Below are positions 8,825-18,096 of a stretch of DNA of 64,000 nt, piece by piece. Origin of the DNA: an uncultured Rikenellaceae bacterium (GTDB lineage Bacteria > Bacteroidota > Bacteroidia > Bacteroidales > Rikenellaceae); the NCBI GenBank assembly GCA_964371385.1, contig CAYJLY010000001.1, positions 8,488 through 72,487 on the forward strand. The letters are read 5' to 3'. A program made the position numbers and the translations under genes. The notes beneath the pieces were generated by a model, which saw nothing but the letters and a program-made list of their open reading frames with translations, did not search any database and was not told the origin of the DNA. Positions within the stretch are counted from its first letter, which is position 1. The number at the start of each line of letters is the position of its first letter.

Positions 8825-10222
8825 CTACTGTTGAAAAGTCCAACGATCCGTAAAGAGGTTTTCCGTGTATAGCACATAGCTTGTTTTCCATGGCGATAGG
8901 TTCCACGATTTTGTTGTGAGATCAGTCGAAATACAAACATCAAAAACAGTAGATCCGTAAGCATCAAACTCGAGACCTCCACCAATATGTTCAGTTGTAG
9001 ATACTCCTAGGTTAAGCGTAGGACCCAAGATGGCCTCAAATCTTGCCGAACCACCTACTGTTGTTATGAGATTTATAGCAATTTTTGTTTTGGCTTTAAG
9101 ATCTACTGACGTAGTAATATTCGCATCTTGCAAATCGTTGGGGTGTTCATTTTGATGTTCAGATTCTCTAATAGAGTTCCATCCTCGTCCGGTCTCGAAG
9201 TGCATTCCTGTAGAGAATGATCCCATAAATTTGACGGGTACATTCAGATCCACTCCCTGATCCATAGCAATGGCAACATCTGCCATTACATCTCCCGAAA
9301 CATCTATAGCTACAGGTATATCGCCCACCATAAATATGGCTTGATAGGTTTGGGTTTGCGTAAGGCTAATATTCGATTTTTCACAATTACACGAACACAA
9401 CGTATTGACTATATTAAGATTTGATTCAATTGTAAACTCCCCATCAAATAGAATCTCAAAGTTATTAAGCTCTCTCTGCATTACATCCAAACGAACGTTA
9501 GTATAGGGATTAAAACTCCAATTAACATCAACTCCTACATTATTACCATTCGTGTTCTCGGTGGAATTACACTTAAAGGTCTCGTTACCATGGAAAACAA
9601 TTTCTATATCCGAAATTGAGCTTTTAGTCTTAGCAATCTGTGTCAAATCAAGCACAACAACGTCTCCATGTGGAACCGCGATATCATCGTACTGGATAGA
9701 TTGTACAGCATCGACGGGCTGCCCATTTATCTTTAGACACTGGGGCGAAACATGCAACACCACTGGATGGAGCACCCTCGTGGAAGAGTCACCTCGGGTG
9801 TGGCTGGGATCATCGCACCAAGGCTGGGTATTAAAAACATAATCTACATCTGTGAGCACCTGCGAAATATGAAGTTTTGAACCATAAAAATAGGATTTAC
9901 CTTCATGATTCTCGATTTTCTGTATACGCATATACTCTGGCTTTTGTTCAAAAGAAGGCCACATCGTTAGAATATCGCCCACAACAAGATTATAATTAAG
10001 ATCCTGCAAAAAGGATTTTGCCACCTGTAACTCCATTATATCATCACCCGACACATAGAGTGCTAAATCATCAGGGGACTCAGTATCAAAGTAGTTCAAA
10101 GACCACACTCTCTCATCTGGTTGTTCTTGTTCAATGTTCACAATCACCTCTGATTTGTGACAACTAATTCCAACAACCGCTATGCAAGTAAGTAGGATAA
10201 TGTTTAAAAACGATTTTCTCAT
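8825..10222 (-). CDS. Hypothetical lipoprotein of unknown function
   Basis: The ORF track starts at a TTG at 10249. The ATG at 10222 gives MRKSFLNIILLTCIAVVGISC, a signal peptide with a lipobox Cys. The remaining ~440 aa are beta-rich and have no motif I recognise. Confidence 0.6.
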   Translation of the reverse strand: MRKSFLNIILLTCIAVVGISCHKSEVIVNIEQEQPDERVWSLNYFDTESPDDLALYVSGDDIMELQVAKSFLQDLNYNLVVGDILTMWPSFEQKPEYMRIQKIENHEGKSYFYGSKLHISQVLTDVDYVFNTQPWCDDPSHTRGDSSTRVLHPVVLHVSPQCLKINGQPVDAVQSIQYDDIAVPHGDVVVLDLTQIAKTKSSISDIEIVFHGNETFKCNSTENTNGNNVGVDVNWSFNPYTNVRLDVMQRELNNFEILFDGEFTIESNLNIVNTLCSCNCEKSNISLTQTQTYQAIFMVGDIPVAIDVSGDVMADVAIAMDQGVDLNVPVKFMGSFSTGMHFETGRGWNSIRESEHQNEHPNDLQDANITTSVDLKAKTKIAINLITTVGGSARFEAILGPTLNLGVSTTEHIGGGLEFDAYGSTVFDVCISTDLTTKSWNLSPWKTSYVLYTENLFTDRWTFQQ

Positions 10223-10396
10223 GCTATCTAAAAAATAATGCGTAATCAAAAAAGTACATAAATCAAGCCAGTACCTTTAAATAAGTACGAAAGATTTATG
10301 AATATGTTGTGTGGTTTTCTATCAAAACACCAACGAAACATCCTAAAATCGACTCTCCAAACACTCTCAGCAAAGAATAAAATATATAAGCAATGC

Positions 10397-11668
10397 TTAC
10401 AAATATATACTCTTTTGTGCGGTAGGCACTCCAAGCAAATAACAGCGCAACATATTTAGAGCTGTCACTGCCGCTTTTTCCATATTCTGCTCACGCAGAG
10501 CTCCAAACCTCATTCGTTGGCTCACTACTCCACTAGGTGTTGCAAGTGTGATCCAAACAGTTCCAACAGGCTTATCTTCGCTCCCACCATCGGGACCCGC
10601 AACACCAGTTGTCGAAAGAGCATAATCGCTACCCGTTAGCCTTTGAACCCCGCGAGCCATAGCCTCTGCGACTTCGCAGCTCACTGCACCTTTGTCCATC
10701 AACACATCCCAATCAACCCCCAGCGCATCTCGCTTTAGTTCATTGGAGTAAGCCACAACTCCTCCTCTAAAATATTCAGACGAACCTGCCATCGAAACGA
10801 TCTTCTTTGACATCGTCCCTCCCGAACAACTCTCTGCCAATGAAAGAGTAGCTCCAGTTTGAATCAAGAGTTCCGCTAATTTCGACTCCACACTACAAGG
10901 CTCATCGCCCAAATAAGCATCGCCAATAATGCGGGATAGCTCCTCAAATTGATTTTCAAACTCAAGCTCTGCCATCTCTCTCTCTATATCATACGCCGAA
11001 AGGCGCAAACGTATTGCCGAAGCATTAGGGAGGTAAGCTAGGCTCACCCAGCTAGGTAGCGCCATCTCCCAAGGTTCTATTTTCTCGCTAAGTATACTCT
11101 CGGGTAGCCCGAAAGTCATCACTGTGCGATGAACCACACTGCGCAGCGAGAATTTTTCTTGAATCATAGGTATCACCCTATCCACAAGCAGGTGTTTCAT
11201 CTCAAAGGGCACCCCTGGCATAGACACCAAGATATGTCCCCCTCGCTCCATCACCATAGCAGGAGCCGATCCATTATCATTTTTTAGAACCCTACAACCA
11301 CGAGGCACATCCGCTTGAGATTGGTTAGATTCATTGAATTCAATACCCCTGATCTCGAGCATCGCTCTCACGTGCTCAAAAGTTTCTTCGTCTCTGACCA
11401 ATTCCACCCCAAAAAGTTTAGCTAGGGTGTGTTTTGTTATATCATCTTTGGTTGGCCCCAGTCCTCCTGTTACTATCACCACCTGCGATTCGTTCAGTGC
11501 GCAATCCAGCGTGCGTAATATATCATCCGCTCTATCGCCCACAGCTACCCTACGCACCACAGGCAGCCCTATATGCGAGAATTGCTGCCCAATAAAGGCA
11601 GAATTAGTATCGACCACTTGCCCTATGAGCAGTTCGTCTCCTATTGTAACTATTTGCGCTGTGACCAT
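10397..11668 (-). CDS. cinA: CinA family protein (MoCF-type domain plus nicotinamide-nucleotide amidase domain)
   Basis: 423 aa with N-terminal IVTIGDELLIGQVVDTNS and VIVTGGLGPTKDDITK, and a C-terminal CinA/PncC domain (SLAESCSGG ... GVAGPDGG). Confidence 0.85.
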   Translation of the reverse strand: MVTAQIVTIGDELLIGQVVDTNSAFIGQQFSHIGLPVVRRVAVGDRADDILRTLDCALNESQVVIVTGGLGPTKDDITKHTLAKLFGVELVRDEETFEHVRAMLEIRGIEFNESNQSQADVPRGCRVLKNDNGSAPAMVMERGGHILVSMPGVPFEMKHLLVDRVIPMIQEKFSLRSVVHRTVMTFGLPESILSEKIEPWEMALPSWVSLAYLPNASAIRLRLSAYDIEREMAELEFENQFEELSRIIGDAYLGDEPCSVESKLAELLIQTGATLSLAESCSGGTMSKKIVSMAGSSEYFRGGVVAYSNELKRDALGVDWDVLMDKGAVSCEVAEAMARGVQRLTGSDYALSTTGVAGPDGGSEDKPVGTVWITLATPSGVVSQRMRFGALREQNMEKAAVTALNMLRCYLLGVPTAQKSIYL

Positions 11669-11675
11669 TCTGTTT

Positions 11676-12722
11676 TTACTCTTTTGAAGAAAGGTTCTTC
11701 ACGATATGGCGATTAATTTTCTTAGGCATACCTGGGCCTCCATAAATAAAACCCGAATATATCTGAACCAATGAAGCGCCAGCATCCAGCATCGCTTGGG
11801 CATCCTCAGGGGTCATCACTCCGCCCACACCAATAATGGGTAGTTTACCTTGGGTTTTCTCGTGTATGTAGCGCACCATATCTCGCGAACGCTCAGTTAG
11901 CGGGCTACCACTCATTCCTCCATTTCCGATTTGCTGAACTCTCTCACTACTCACCGACAAACCCTCACGAGAGGTCGTTGTATTGGTAGCCACAATTCCA
12001 TCTATCTTACACTCCTTGACCACATCTATCATCACATCCACTTGCTCATCGCCCAAATCGGGTGAGATTTTAATTAGAATAGGACGATAGTCGCTCTGAC
12101 CCTTGCGAAACTCTTTGAGTCCTCTTAGCAACTCGATAGTCCCTTCCTTGCTTTGTAGTTTTGTCAGATTAGCAATATTTGGGCAACTGATATTCACTAC
12201 AAAATAATCTACATAATCATACATAGATCTAAACAATTTCAGATAATCCGCTGCTGCATCTTCGTTTGGAGTAGCGGTATTTTTGCCTATGTTTCCGCCA
12301 ATTATCAATTTTGGATTACGACGACGCAGGTTTTTCACTGCAGCCTCAACGCCATTATTATTAAAGCCCATGCGATTAATCAAGGCTCCATCTTCGGGCA
12401 CTCTAAAACAGCGAGGCTTGGGGTTCCCGCTTTGCGCCTTGGGAGTGACTGTTCCTATCTCGACAAAGCCAAAACCCATCGCACCGAACATTTCGTAGCA
12501 CTCAGCATTTTTGTCAAGCCCTGCCGCCAGTCCAATAGGATTGGGGAAGGTCAGACCGAAAACCTCTCGTTCGAGTTTCTCATTGCTATAATTGTACATT
12601 GCTCTAGTGAGCGATTTTGCCCCGGGAATATACTTCATTGTGCGAAGCCCTCCGATGACTATATTGTGTATGGTTTCGGGTTGAAATTTGAATAACAACG
12701 GTCGAATTACACTCTTATACAT
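11676..12722 (-). CDS. pyrD: Dihydroorotate dehydrogenase with a class-2 (quinone-type) architecture
   Basis: 348 aa with a class-2 N-terminal extension (MYKSVIRPLLFKFQPETIHN), plus GLAAGLDKN, RMGFNNNG, VNISCPN, VATNTT and IGVGGV. The active-site loop reads NISCPN, with Cys where class 2 normally has Ser. The gene ends 7 nt before cinA. Confidence 0.9.
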   Translation of the reverse strand: MYKSVIRPLLFKFQPETIHNIVIGGLRTMKYIPGAKSLTRAMYNYSNEKLEREVFGLTFPNPIGLAAGLDKNAECYEMFGAMGFGFVEIGTVTPKAQSGNPKPRCFRVPEDGALINRMGFNNNGVEAAVKNLRRRNPKLIIGGNIGKNTATPNEDAAADYLKLFRSMYDYVDYFVVNISCPNIANLTKLQSKEGTIELLRGLKEFRKGQSDYRPILIKISPDLGDEQVDVMIDVVKECKIDGIVATNTTTSREGLSVSSERVQQIGNGGMSGSPLTERSRDMVRYIHEKTQGKLPIIGVGGVMTPEDAQAMLDAGASLVQIYSGFIYGGPGMPKKINRHIVKNLSSKE

Positions 12723-12798
12723 TGCTTTAGGTTTTTCTTAGATTGTAGTAAATTGTAAGAATTTTCAACGCTCGCCCCTTTGGATTACGGGGCGCAAA

Positions 12799-13263
12799 CT
12801 AGTGACGCATTGCACGTTCCATATCACGTTTGCTATCTTTCTCTTTGAGATGTTCGCGTTTGTCGTAGCTCTTACGACCACGACCAAGGCCCACCACGAG
12901 CTTTGCGAGCCCGCGATCATTAATAAAAACTTTTAGCCCCACCATCGTGGCTCCTTTGTCTTGGAGCGAACGAGCGATGCGGCGTAGTTCTTTCTTTTGA
13001 AGTAGTAGTTTACGGTCACGCTTTGGAGCGTGATTATTATAGGTTCCCCAGTGATATTCAGCAATGTTCATCCCCTTGACAAACAATTCGCCATCGTGCA
13101 GATAGCAATAGCAATCCACAAGGGATGCCTTGCCCAAGCGAAGCGATTTGATCTCCGTACCAGTGAGTACAATACCACTAACCCAAGTTTCGCTTATTTC
13201 ATAGTCAAAACTGGCTCTGCGGTTTTTGATTTCCACGGATTTATATTGAGATTTCGCTGACAT
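12799..13263 (-). CDS. smpB: SsrA-binding protein
   Basis: 154 aa with the typical SmpB sequence [10 protein letters not shown] ... GTEIKSLR ... [11 protein letters not shown]. Confidence 0.95.
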   Translation of the reverse strand: MSAKSQYKSVEIKNRRASFDYEISETWVSGIVLTGTEIKSLRLGKASLVDCYCYLHDGELFVKGMNIAEYHWGTYNNHAPKRDRKLLLQKKELRRIARSLQDKGATMVGLKVFINDRGLAKLVVGLGRGRKSYDKREHLKEKDSKRDMERAMRH

Positions 13264-13288
13264 GCTCGGTGAGTACTGAATTATTTTA

Positions 13289-13296
13289 CAAAGGTA
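13289..13296 (-). promoter_or_regulatory. Candidate -7 box for smpB
   Basis: Plus-strand caaaggta reads TACCTTTG on the minus strand and lies 25 nt upstream of the smpB ATG. Confidence 0.4.
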
Positions 13297-13345
13297 CGAA
13301 CAAAATTAGTCATTTACAAAAAAACGACCACACTAGCTCTAAACA

Positions 13346-14446
13346 TTAGACATTAAAGCGGAAGTGCATAATATCTCCGTCCTGCACCACATATTCTTTA
13401 CCCTCAACTGCCAGTTTGCCAGCCTCGCGAATAGCCGCCTCCGAGCCATAAGAAACATAGTCCTCATATTTAATCACTTCTGCACGAATAAACCCACGCT
13501 CAAAGTCGGTGTGGATCACTCCTGCGGCCTGAGGCGCTTTCGAGCCTTTTTTATAGGTCCAAGCGTGAGTTTCTTTTTCGCCAGTGGTGAAATAAGTTTC
13601 TAGCTCCAGTAGTGAATAAGCTGCTTTAATCAAACGAGCCACTCCACTCTCCTCAAGCCCTAGGTCGCTCAAAAACTCTTGGCGCTCCTCGAAGCTCTCC
13701 AATTGTGCGATATCCTCCTCGATCGCCGCCGCTATAATCAACATTCCTGCATTCTCACCCTCAATAGCCTTAGCAACAGCAGCTGTATGCTCATTGCCAT
13801 CCACAGCACTCCCCTCGTCTACGTTACAAACATAAAGGATAGGTTTTGAGGTCAAAAGACACATTTCATCGCACAGAGCCTGCTGCTCGGCATTATCAAA
13901 CTCAACAGTACGAGCCGAAAGCCCCTGCAATAGCGCATCATTCAAACGAGAGAGCACCTCCATCATTTTTTGTGCAGTTTTGTCGCCTGCGGCTGCTTGT
14001 TTTTTATTTTTAGAAATTCGTCCCTCAACAGTTTCAAGGTCTTTCAGTTGAAGTTCAGTATCTATGATCTCTTTATCTCTCACGGGGTCTACCCCTCCGT
14101 CCACATGGGTGATGTTGTCGTTCTCAAAACAACGCAACACGTGGATAATAGCATTAGTTTCACGAATATTCCCAAGGAATTTATTCCCCAAGCCTTCGCC
14201 TTTAGATGCACCCTTCACTAGGCCCGCAATATCCACGATTTCTATGGTTGTTGGGACGATTTTTTTAGGGTTGTCGATAGAGGCTAGCTTGATTAGTCGC
14301 TCATCGGGGACTGTGATTACCCCCACATTGGGTTCGATTGTACAGAAAGGAAAGTTTGCTGCCTGCGCTTTTGCGCTAGAGAGTGAGTTAAAAAGTGTCG
14401 ATTTACCTACGTTGGGAAGACCAACAATTCCGCATTGAAGTGCCAT
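13346..14446 (-). CDS. ychF: Ribosome-binding ATPase YchF
   Basis: 366 aa with the G1 motif GLPNVGKSTLFN, the IVDIAGLV motif and a C-terminal TGS-like domain (AWTYKKGSKAPQAAGVIHTDFERGFIRAEV). Confidence 0.95.
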   Translation of the reverse strand: MALQCGIVGLPNVGKSTLFNSLSSAKAQAANFPFCTIEPNVGVITVPDERLIKLASIDNPKKIVPTTIEIVDIAGLVKGASKGEGLGNKFLGNIRETNAIIHVLRCFENDNITHVDGGVDPVRDKEIIDTELQLKDLETVEGRISKNKKQAAAGDKTAQKMMEVLSRLNDALLQGLSARTVEFDNAEQQALCDEMCLLTSKPILYVCNVDEGSAVDGNEHTAAVAKAIEGENAGMLIIAAAIEEDIAQLESFEERQEFLSDLGLEESGVARLIKAAYSLLELETYFTTGEKETHAWTYKKGSKAPQAAGVIHTDFERGFIRAEVIKYEDYVSYGSEAAIREAGKLAVEGKEYVVQDGDIMHFRFNV

Positions 14447-14483
14447 ATTATGCTATTGTAGTAGTATTTTTGAAAAATTTCGT

Positions 14484-14491
14484 TATTTTTG
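14484..14491 (+). promoter_or_regulatory. Candidate -7 box for metY-hydG
   Basis: tatttttg ends 45 nt before the metY ATG. A second identical match lies at 14465-14472. Confidence 0.4.
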
Positions 14492-14496
14492 TGCTG

Positions 14497-14504
14497 CAAA
14501 GATA
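14497..14504 (-). promoter_or_regulatory. Candidate -7 box for ychF
   Basis: Plus-strand caaagata reads TATCTTTG on the minus strand, 50 nt upstream of the ychF ATG. It sits back-to-back with the metY box. Confidence 0.4.
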
Positions 14505-14536
14505 AGCAAAAGTTTACCAATTTAATTTTTTAACCA

Positions 14537-15817
14537 ATGAAATTTCACTTCAACACCCTCGCAGTACACGCTGGAGGTGATAACACAGAAAAAAGTCTTT
14601 CGAGCGCTGTACCTCTCCACCAAACCAACGCCTATGAGTTTCGCAGCACTCAACACGCCATAGATCTATTTACCCTGAAAACCACAGGCGACATCTACAC
14701 CCGCCTTTCCAACCCTACGACCACTGTTTTCGAGCAGCGCATGGCAGCCATCGAAGGGGGTGTAGCTGCACTGGCCTGCAGTTCGGGACACGCAGCCCAA
14801 CTGTTGACCTTCACCACCATCATGGGGCAAGGCGACAACTTTATCAGCTCACCTTTCCTTTATGGCGGCTCGTTCAACCAATTCAAACACACCTTCCGCC
14901 AGTTTGGCATCGAGTGTCGATTTGCTCAGGGTGATACAGCCGAACATATGCGAGAGTTGATCGATGAGCGCACCAAAGCAATCTATGTTGAGAGTATAGG
15001 CAATCCATCATTTTCGATTCCTGATTTTGAAGGCCTATCGGCTCTATGCGAAGAATTTGGCATTCCACTTATCGTTGATAACACTTTCGGATGTGGTGGT
15101 TACCTGTGTCGCCCATTGGAGCTAGGAGCACACATCGTTGTGGAGTCCTCAACCAAATGGATAGGCGGACACGGCACCTCTATGGGTGGTGTAATTATCG
15201 ATGGGGGTCGTTTCGATTGGGCAGCATCGGGCAAATTCCCTATGCTAACCGAACCTAGCGAAGCGTATCATGGTATTCGTTATACTGAAAACTTCGGCAA
15301 CCTAGCTTTTATTGTGAGAGCACGAGCCGAGGGTATGCGTGATTTGGGAGCTTGTCAGTCTCCTTTCAATTCACGTGAGATGATAATCGGACTGGAAACC
15401 TTGGCGCTACGCGCGGAGCGTGAGGCGCAAAATGCCATGGCGCTGGCTCAGTGGCTGGAGGGTAACCCTAAAGTTCGCCGTGTGCTCTACCCTGGCATTC
15501 AGAGTGATCCAAATCATGATAATGCTCAGAAATACCTTCAAAACGGTTTTGGATGTGTGTTGTCAGTCGAACTAGAGGGTGATTTGCAGAGCACTGCAAA
15601 GTTTGTGGACTCACTAAAACTTATCACTCATGTTGCAAATGTTGGTGACTGTCGCACGCTGATTATCCACCCTGCGACCACCACCCACAGCCAGCTTAAA
15701 GTCGAAGAACAGTTACGCGCGGGTGTAACCCCAACACTACTTCGTATATCGCTGGGCATTGAGCACATTGATGATATCATCGGTGATATTGAACAGAGCT
15801 TGGCAGAGGCATTTTAA
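14537..15817 (+). CDS. metY: O-acetylhomoserine (thiol)-lyase / sulfhydrylase, PLP-dependent
   Basis: 426 aa of the Cys/Met-metabolism PLP family, with YTRLSNPT, the SSTKWIGGHG PLP lysine and HPATTTHSQL. Confidence 0.85.
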   Translation: MKFHFNTLAVHAGGDNTEKSLSSAVPLHQTNAYEFRSTQHAIDLFTLKTTGDIYTRLSNPTTTVFEQRMAAIEGGVAALACSSGHAAQLLTFTTIMGQGDNFISSPFLYGGSFNQFKHTFRQFGIECRFAQGDTAEHMRELIDERTKAIYVESIGNPSFSIPDFEGLSALCEEFGIPLIVDNTFGCGGYLCRPLELGAHIVVESSTKWIGGHGTSMGGVIIDGGRFDWAASGKFPMLTEPSEAYHGIRYTENFGNLAFIVRARAEGMRDLGACQSPFNSREMIIGLETLALRAEREAQNAMALAQWLEGNPKVRRVLYPGIQSDPNHDNAQKYLQNGFGCVLSVELEGDLQSTAKFVDSLKLITHVANVGDCRTLIIHPATTTHSQLKVEEQLRAGVTPTLLRISLGIEHIDDIIGDIEQSLAEAF

Positions 15818-15840
15818 TTTTTTAGATTGATAGATATATT

Positions 15841-17247
15841 ATGATTTTCACACCCGAGAAATATTCCATTGAAGATAAAGTGGGTGTACCTTTTATCGAC
15901 ACTGCCGAAATCGAGAATCTATTGAGAGTTTCATCGAGCGAGAGTGAGATAGACGAAATCATCGATATTTCCATGAGCAAAAAACGACTTTCGCTTGCGC
16001 AGGTCGCCACATTGCTTAATGCCACGACCCAACAACGAGAAAAAGTTATTACCGCTGCCCGTGAGCTGAAAAAACAGATCTATGGCAATCGTATCGTACT
16101 TTTCGCTCCTTTGTACATAGGCAACGAGTGTAGCAACGGCTGCACTTATTGCTCTTTCAAGGCGGACAACAGTCTTATCACTCGCAAAACCCTAAGCCCC
16201 ACAGAGCTAATATCTGAGGTCGAGGCACTCGAGGATGTGGGACACAAGCGCTTGATACTAGTCTACGGCGAACACTCGCGCTACGATGCTGAGTTTATTG
16301 CCCGCAGCGTCAAGGAATGTTATGGAGTCAAAAAAGGCAATGGCGAGATTCGACGCGTGAATATAAATGCAGCTCCGTTGAGCGAAGATGGCTTCGCCAC
16401 GGTCAAAGAAGCGGGCATAGGCACATATCAGGTATTCCAAGAGAGTTACCATCCCGAGGTCTATAATAAATACCATCCATATGGGCGCAAATCCGACTAT
16501 GCGTGGCGCTTGACTGCTTTCGATAGGGCGATGAGTGCAGGGATAGACGACGTGGGGCTGGGGGCGCTCTTTGGATTGGGAGATTGGAAATTTGAGGTCA
16601 TGGCACTAGTGCGCCACACCTCGCACCTCGAGGCGTGTTTTGGAGTGGGGCCACACACTATTTCGTTTCCACGCATCACCCAAACTCTTGGAGCCGACCA
16701 CTGCGAAATGCCATTGACAGACGAGGATTTTCTCTATATGATAGCAGTTCTGCGACTCGCCGTCCCTTACACTGGCTTGATTCTAACGGCTCGCGAGAGC
16801 GAGGATATACGCGAGAAGGCGATCGCAAATGGTGTCACCCAAATTGATGGAGGGACAAAGCTAGATATTGGCAGCTATTCCGCCTCTGACGATGGCAACT
16901 CTAGCCAGTTTACCATTAACGACAATCGCTCCCTGAGCGAGGTGATCGAGCGTCTTATTCAAGGCGAACGCATACCCTCGTTCTGCACGGCATGCTATCG
17001 AAAGGGACGCACGGGAGAACATTTTATGGAGTTCTCGACCAAGGGTTTTATCAAGCGTTTTTGCTCACCTAATGCTATTTTGAGCTTTGCCGAATACCTC
17101 GAAGACTATGGCAGTGAAACTGTTAAAGAAAAAGGCCGCAAGCTCATTGAAGATGAACTCACAGCCCTTAAAAACAGTGCTCAGTACCAGCAGATACTCT
17201 CTCGTTTGGAACGTATCGCCCGAGGGGAGCGTGATTTATTTTTCTAA
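15841..17247 (+). CDS. hydG: Radical-SAM tyrosine lyase HydG ([FeFe]-hydrogenase maturase type)
   Basis: 468 aa with the radical-SAM motif CSNGCTYC (CX3CX2C). The C-terminal CTAC-X22-C matches the HydG-specific CX2CX22C auxiliary-cluster motif. The gene starts 23 nt after metY. Confidence 0.8.
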   Translation: MIFTPEKYSIEDKVGVPFIDTAEIENLLRVSSSESEIDEIIDISMSKKRLSLAQVATLLNATTQQREKVITAARELKKQIYGNRIVLFAPLYIGNECSNGCTYCSFKADNSLITRKTLSPTELISEVEALEDVGHKRLILVYGEHSRYDAEFIARSVKECYGVKKGNGEIRRVNINAAPLSEDGFATVKEAGIGTYQVFQESYHPEVYNKYHPYGRKSDYAWRLTAFDRAMSAGIDDVGLGALFGLGDWKFEVMALVRHTSHLEACFGVGPHTISFPRITQTLGADHCEMPLTDEDFLYMIAVLRLAVPYTGLILTARESEDIREKAIANGVTQIDGGTKLDIGSYSASDDGNSSQFTINDNRSLSEVIERLIQGERIPSFCTACYRKGRTGEHFMEFSTKGFIKRFCSPNAILSFAEYLEDYGSETVKEKGRKLIEDELTALKNSAQYQQILSRLERIARGERDLFF

Positions 17248-17269
17248 CTAGATTAAGCTCTTGAGATAA

Positions 17270-18052
17270 TTATAACTCTCCTTCGCTCTCTTGTCGTGCT
17301 TTTTCCGCAACAGTTGGTTTGGCGGAAGTTTTGCGCAATTCAAAATCAGGCCCTAGATACACCCTGCGTACAAACTCATCCGAGGCTAGCTCCTCGGCCG
17401 AACCCGTACGAATAACCTTACCCTCCACCAGGATATAGGTGCGGTCGGTGATATTTAGTGTCTCATGGACGTTGTGATCGGTGATAATCACCCCGATGTT
17501 CAGTTCTTTGAGCGAGGCGACAATAGATTGAATCTCGCCCACCGCAATAGGGTCTACCCCTGCAAAAGGTTCATCCAACAGAATAAACTTTGGATTAATG
17601 GCCACCGCACGCGCAATTTCCGTACGCCTACGCTCGCCACCCGAGAGCTGCTGTCCCATGGATTTACGTACTTTTTGAAGCGAGAAATTCTCAATCAAGT
17701 ACTCGAGTCTATCCTTTTGGTAGGCCCTAGAATATTTGGTCATCTGCAACACAGCGCGGATATTGTCCTCGACCGATAGTTTGCGGAACACCGATGCCTC
17801 TTGCGCCAAATAACCCACTCCTTTTTGTGCACGACGAAACACAGGATCTTTGGTTATGTCTTGGTCGTCCAAGAAAATCTTCCCTTCGTTGGGTTTAATC
17901 AACCCCACTGTCATATAGAAAGTGGTAGTCTTGCCAGCACCATTAGGTCCCAACAAACCCACAATTTCTCCTTGGTTCACCTCGATGGAAACCTCATTTA
18001 CTACGGTTCGCGATTTGTATCTCTTTACAAGATCTTTTGTCCAAAGTTTCAT
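17270..18052 (-). CDS. lptB: LPS export ABC transporter ATP-binding protein
   Basis: 260 aa with Walker [10 protein letters not shown], signature LSGGERRR and Walker [10 protein letters not shown]. It lies immediately downstream of kdsD. Confidence 0.9.
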   Translation of the reverse strand: MKLWTKDLVKRYKSRTVVNEVSIEVNQGEIVGLLGPNGAGKTTTFYMTVGLIKPNEGKIFLDDQDITKDPVFRRAQKGVGYLAQEASVFRKLSVEDNIRAVLQMTKYSRAYQKDRLEYLIENFSLQKVRKSMGQQLSGGERRRTEIARAVAINPKFILLDEPFAGVDPIAVGEIQSIVASLKELNIGVIITDHNVHETLNITDRTYILVEGKVIRTGSAEELASDEFVRRVYLGPDFELRKTSAKPTVAEKARQESEGEL

Positions 18053-18096
18053 ATTTCTTAAATACTTAAAAATTCTATAAGCACAAAATGCTCTAT

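Noticed and set aside
8825-10222. Horizontal acquisition of the orphan lipoprotein gene, based on low GC.
   Set aside because: Hand counts of single 60-nt lines ranged from 27% to 53% GC, and a korB line was 37%. I cannot show a real compositional break without a proper sliding-window calculation.
10246-10434. A 62-aa minus-strand ORF in the cinA-lipoprotein spacer.
   Set aside because: It overlaps the cinA 3' end, and its product is Cys/Phe-rich with no signals. It is more likely promoter DNA for the lipoprotein gene.
14447-14536. Riboswitches upstream of metY (SAM), thiL (TPP), lysS (lysine), gcvP (glycine) and folE (THF).
   Set aside because: The leaders are 26-130 nt, AT-rich, and lack the conserved cores that I know. 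Examples are CUGAGA...ACCUGA for TPP and the GGAGAG...CACCG platform for glycine.
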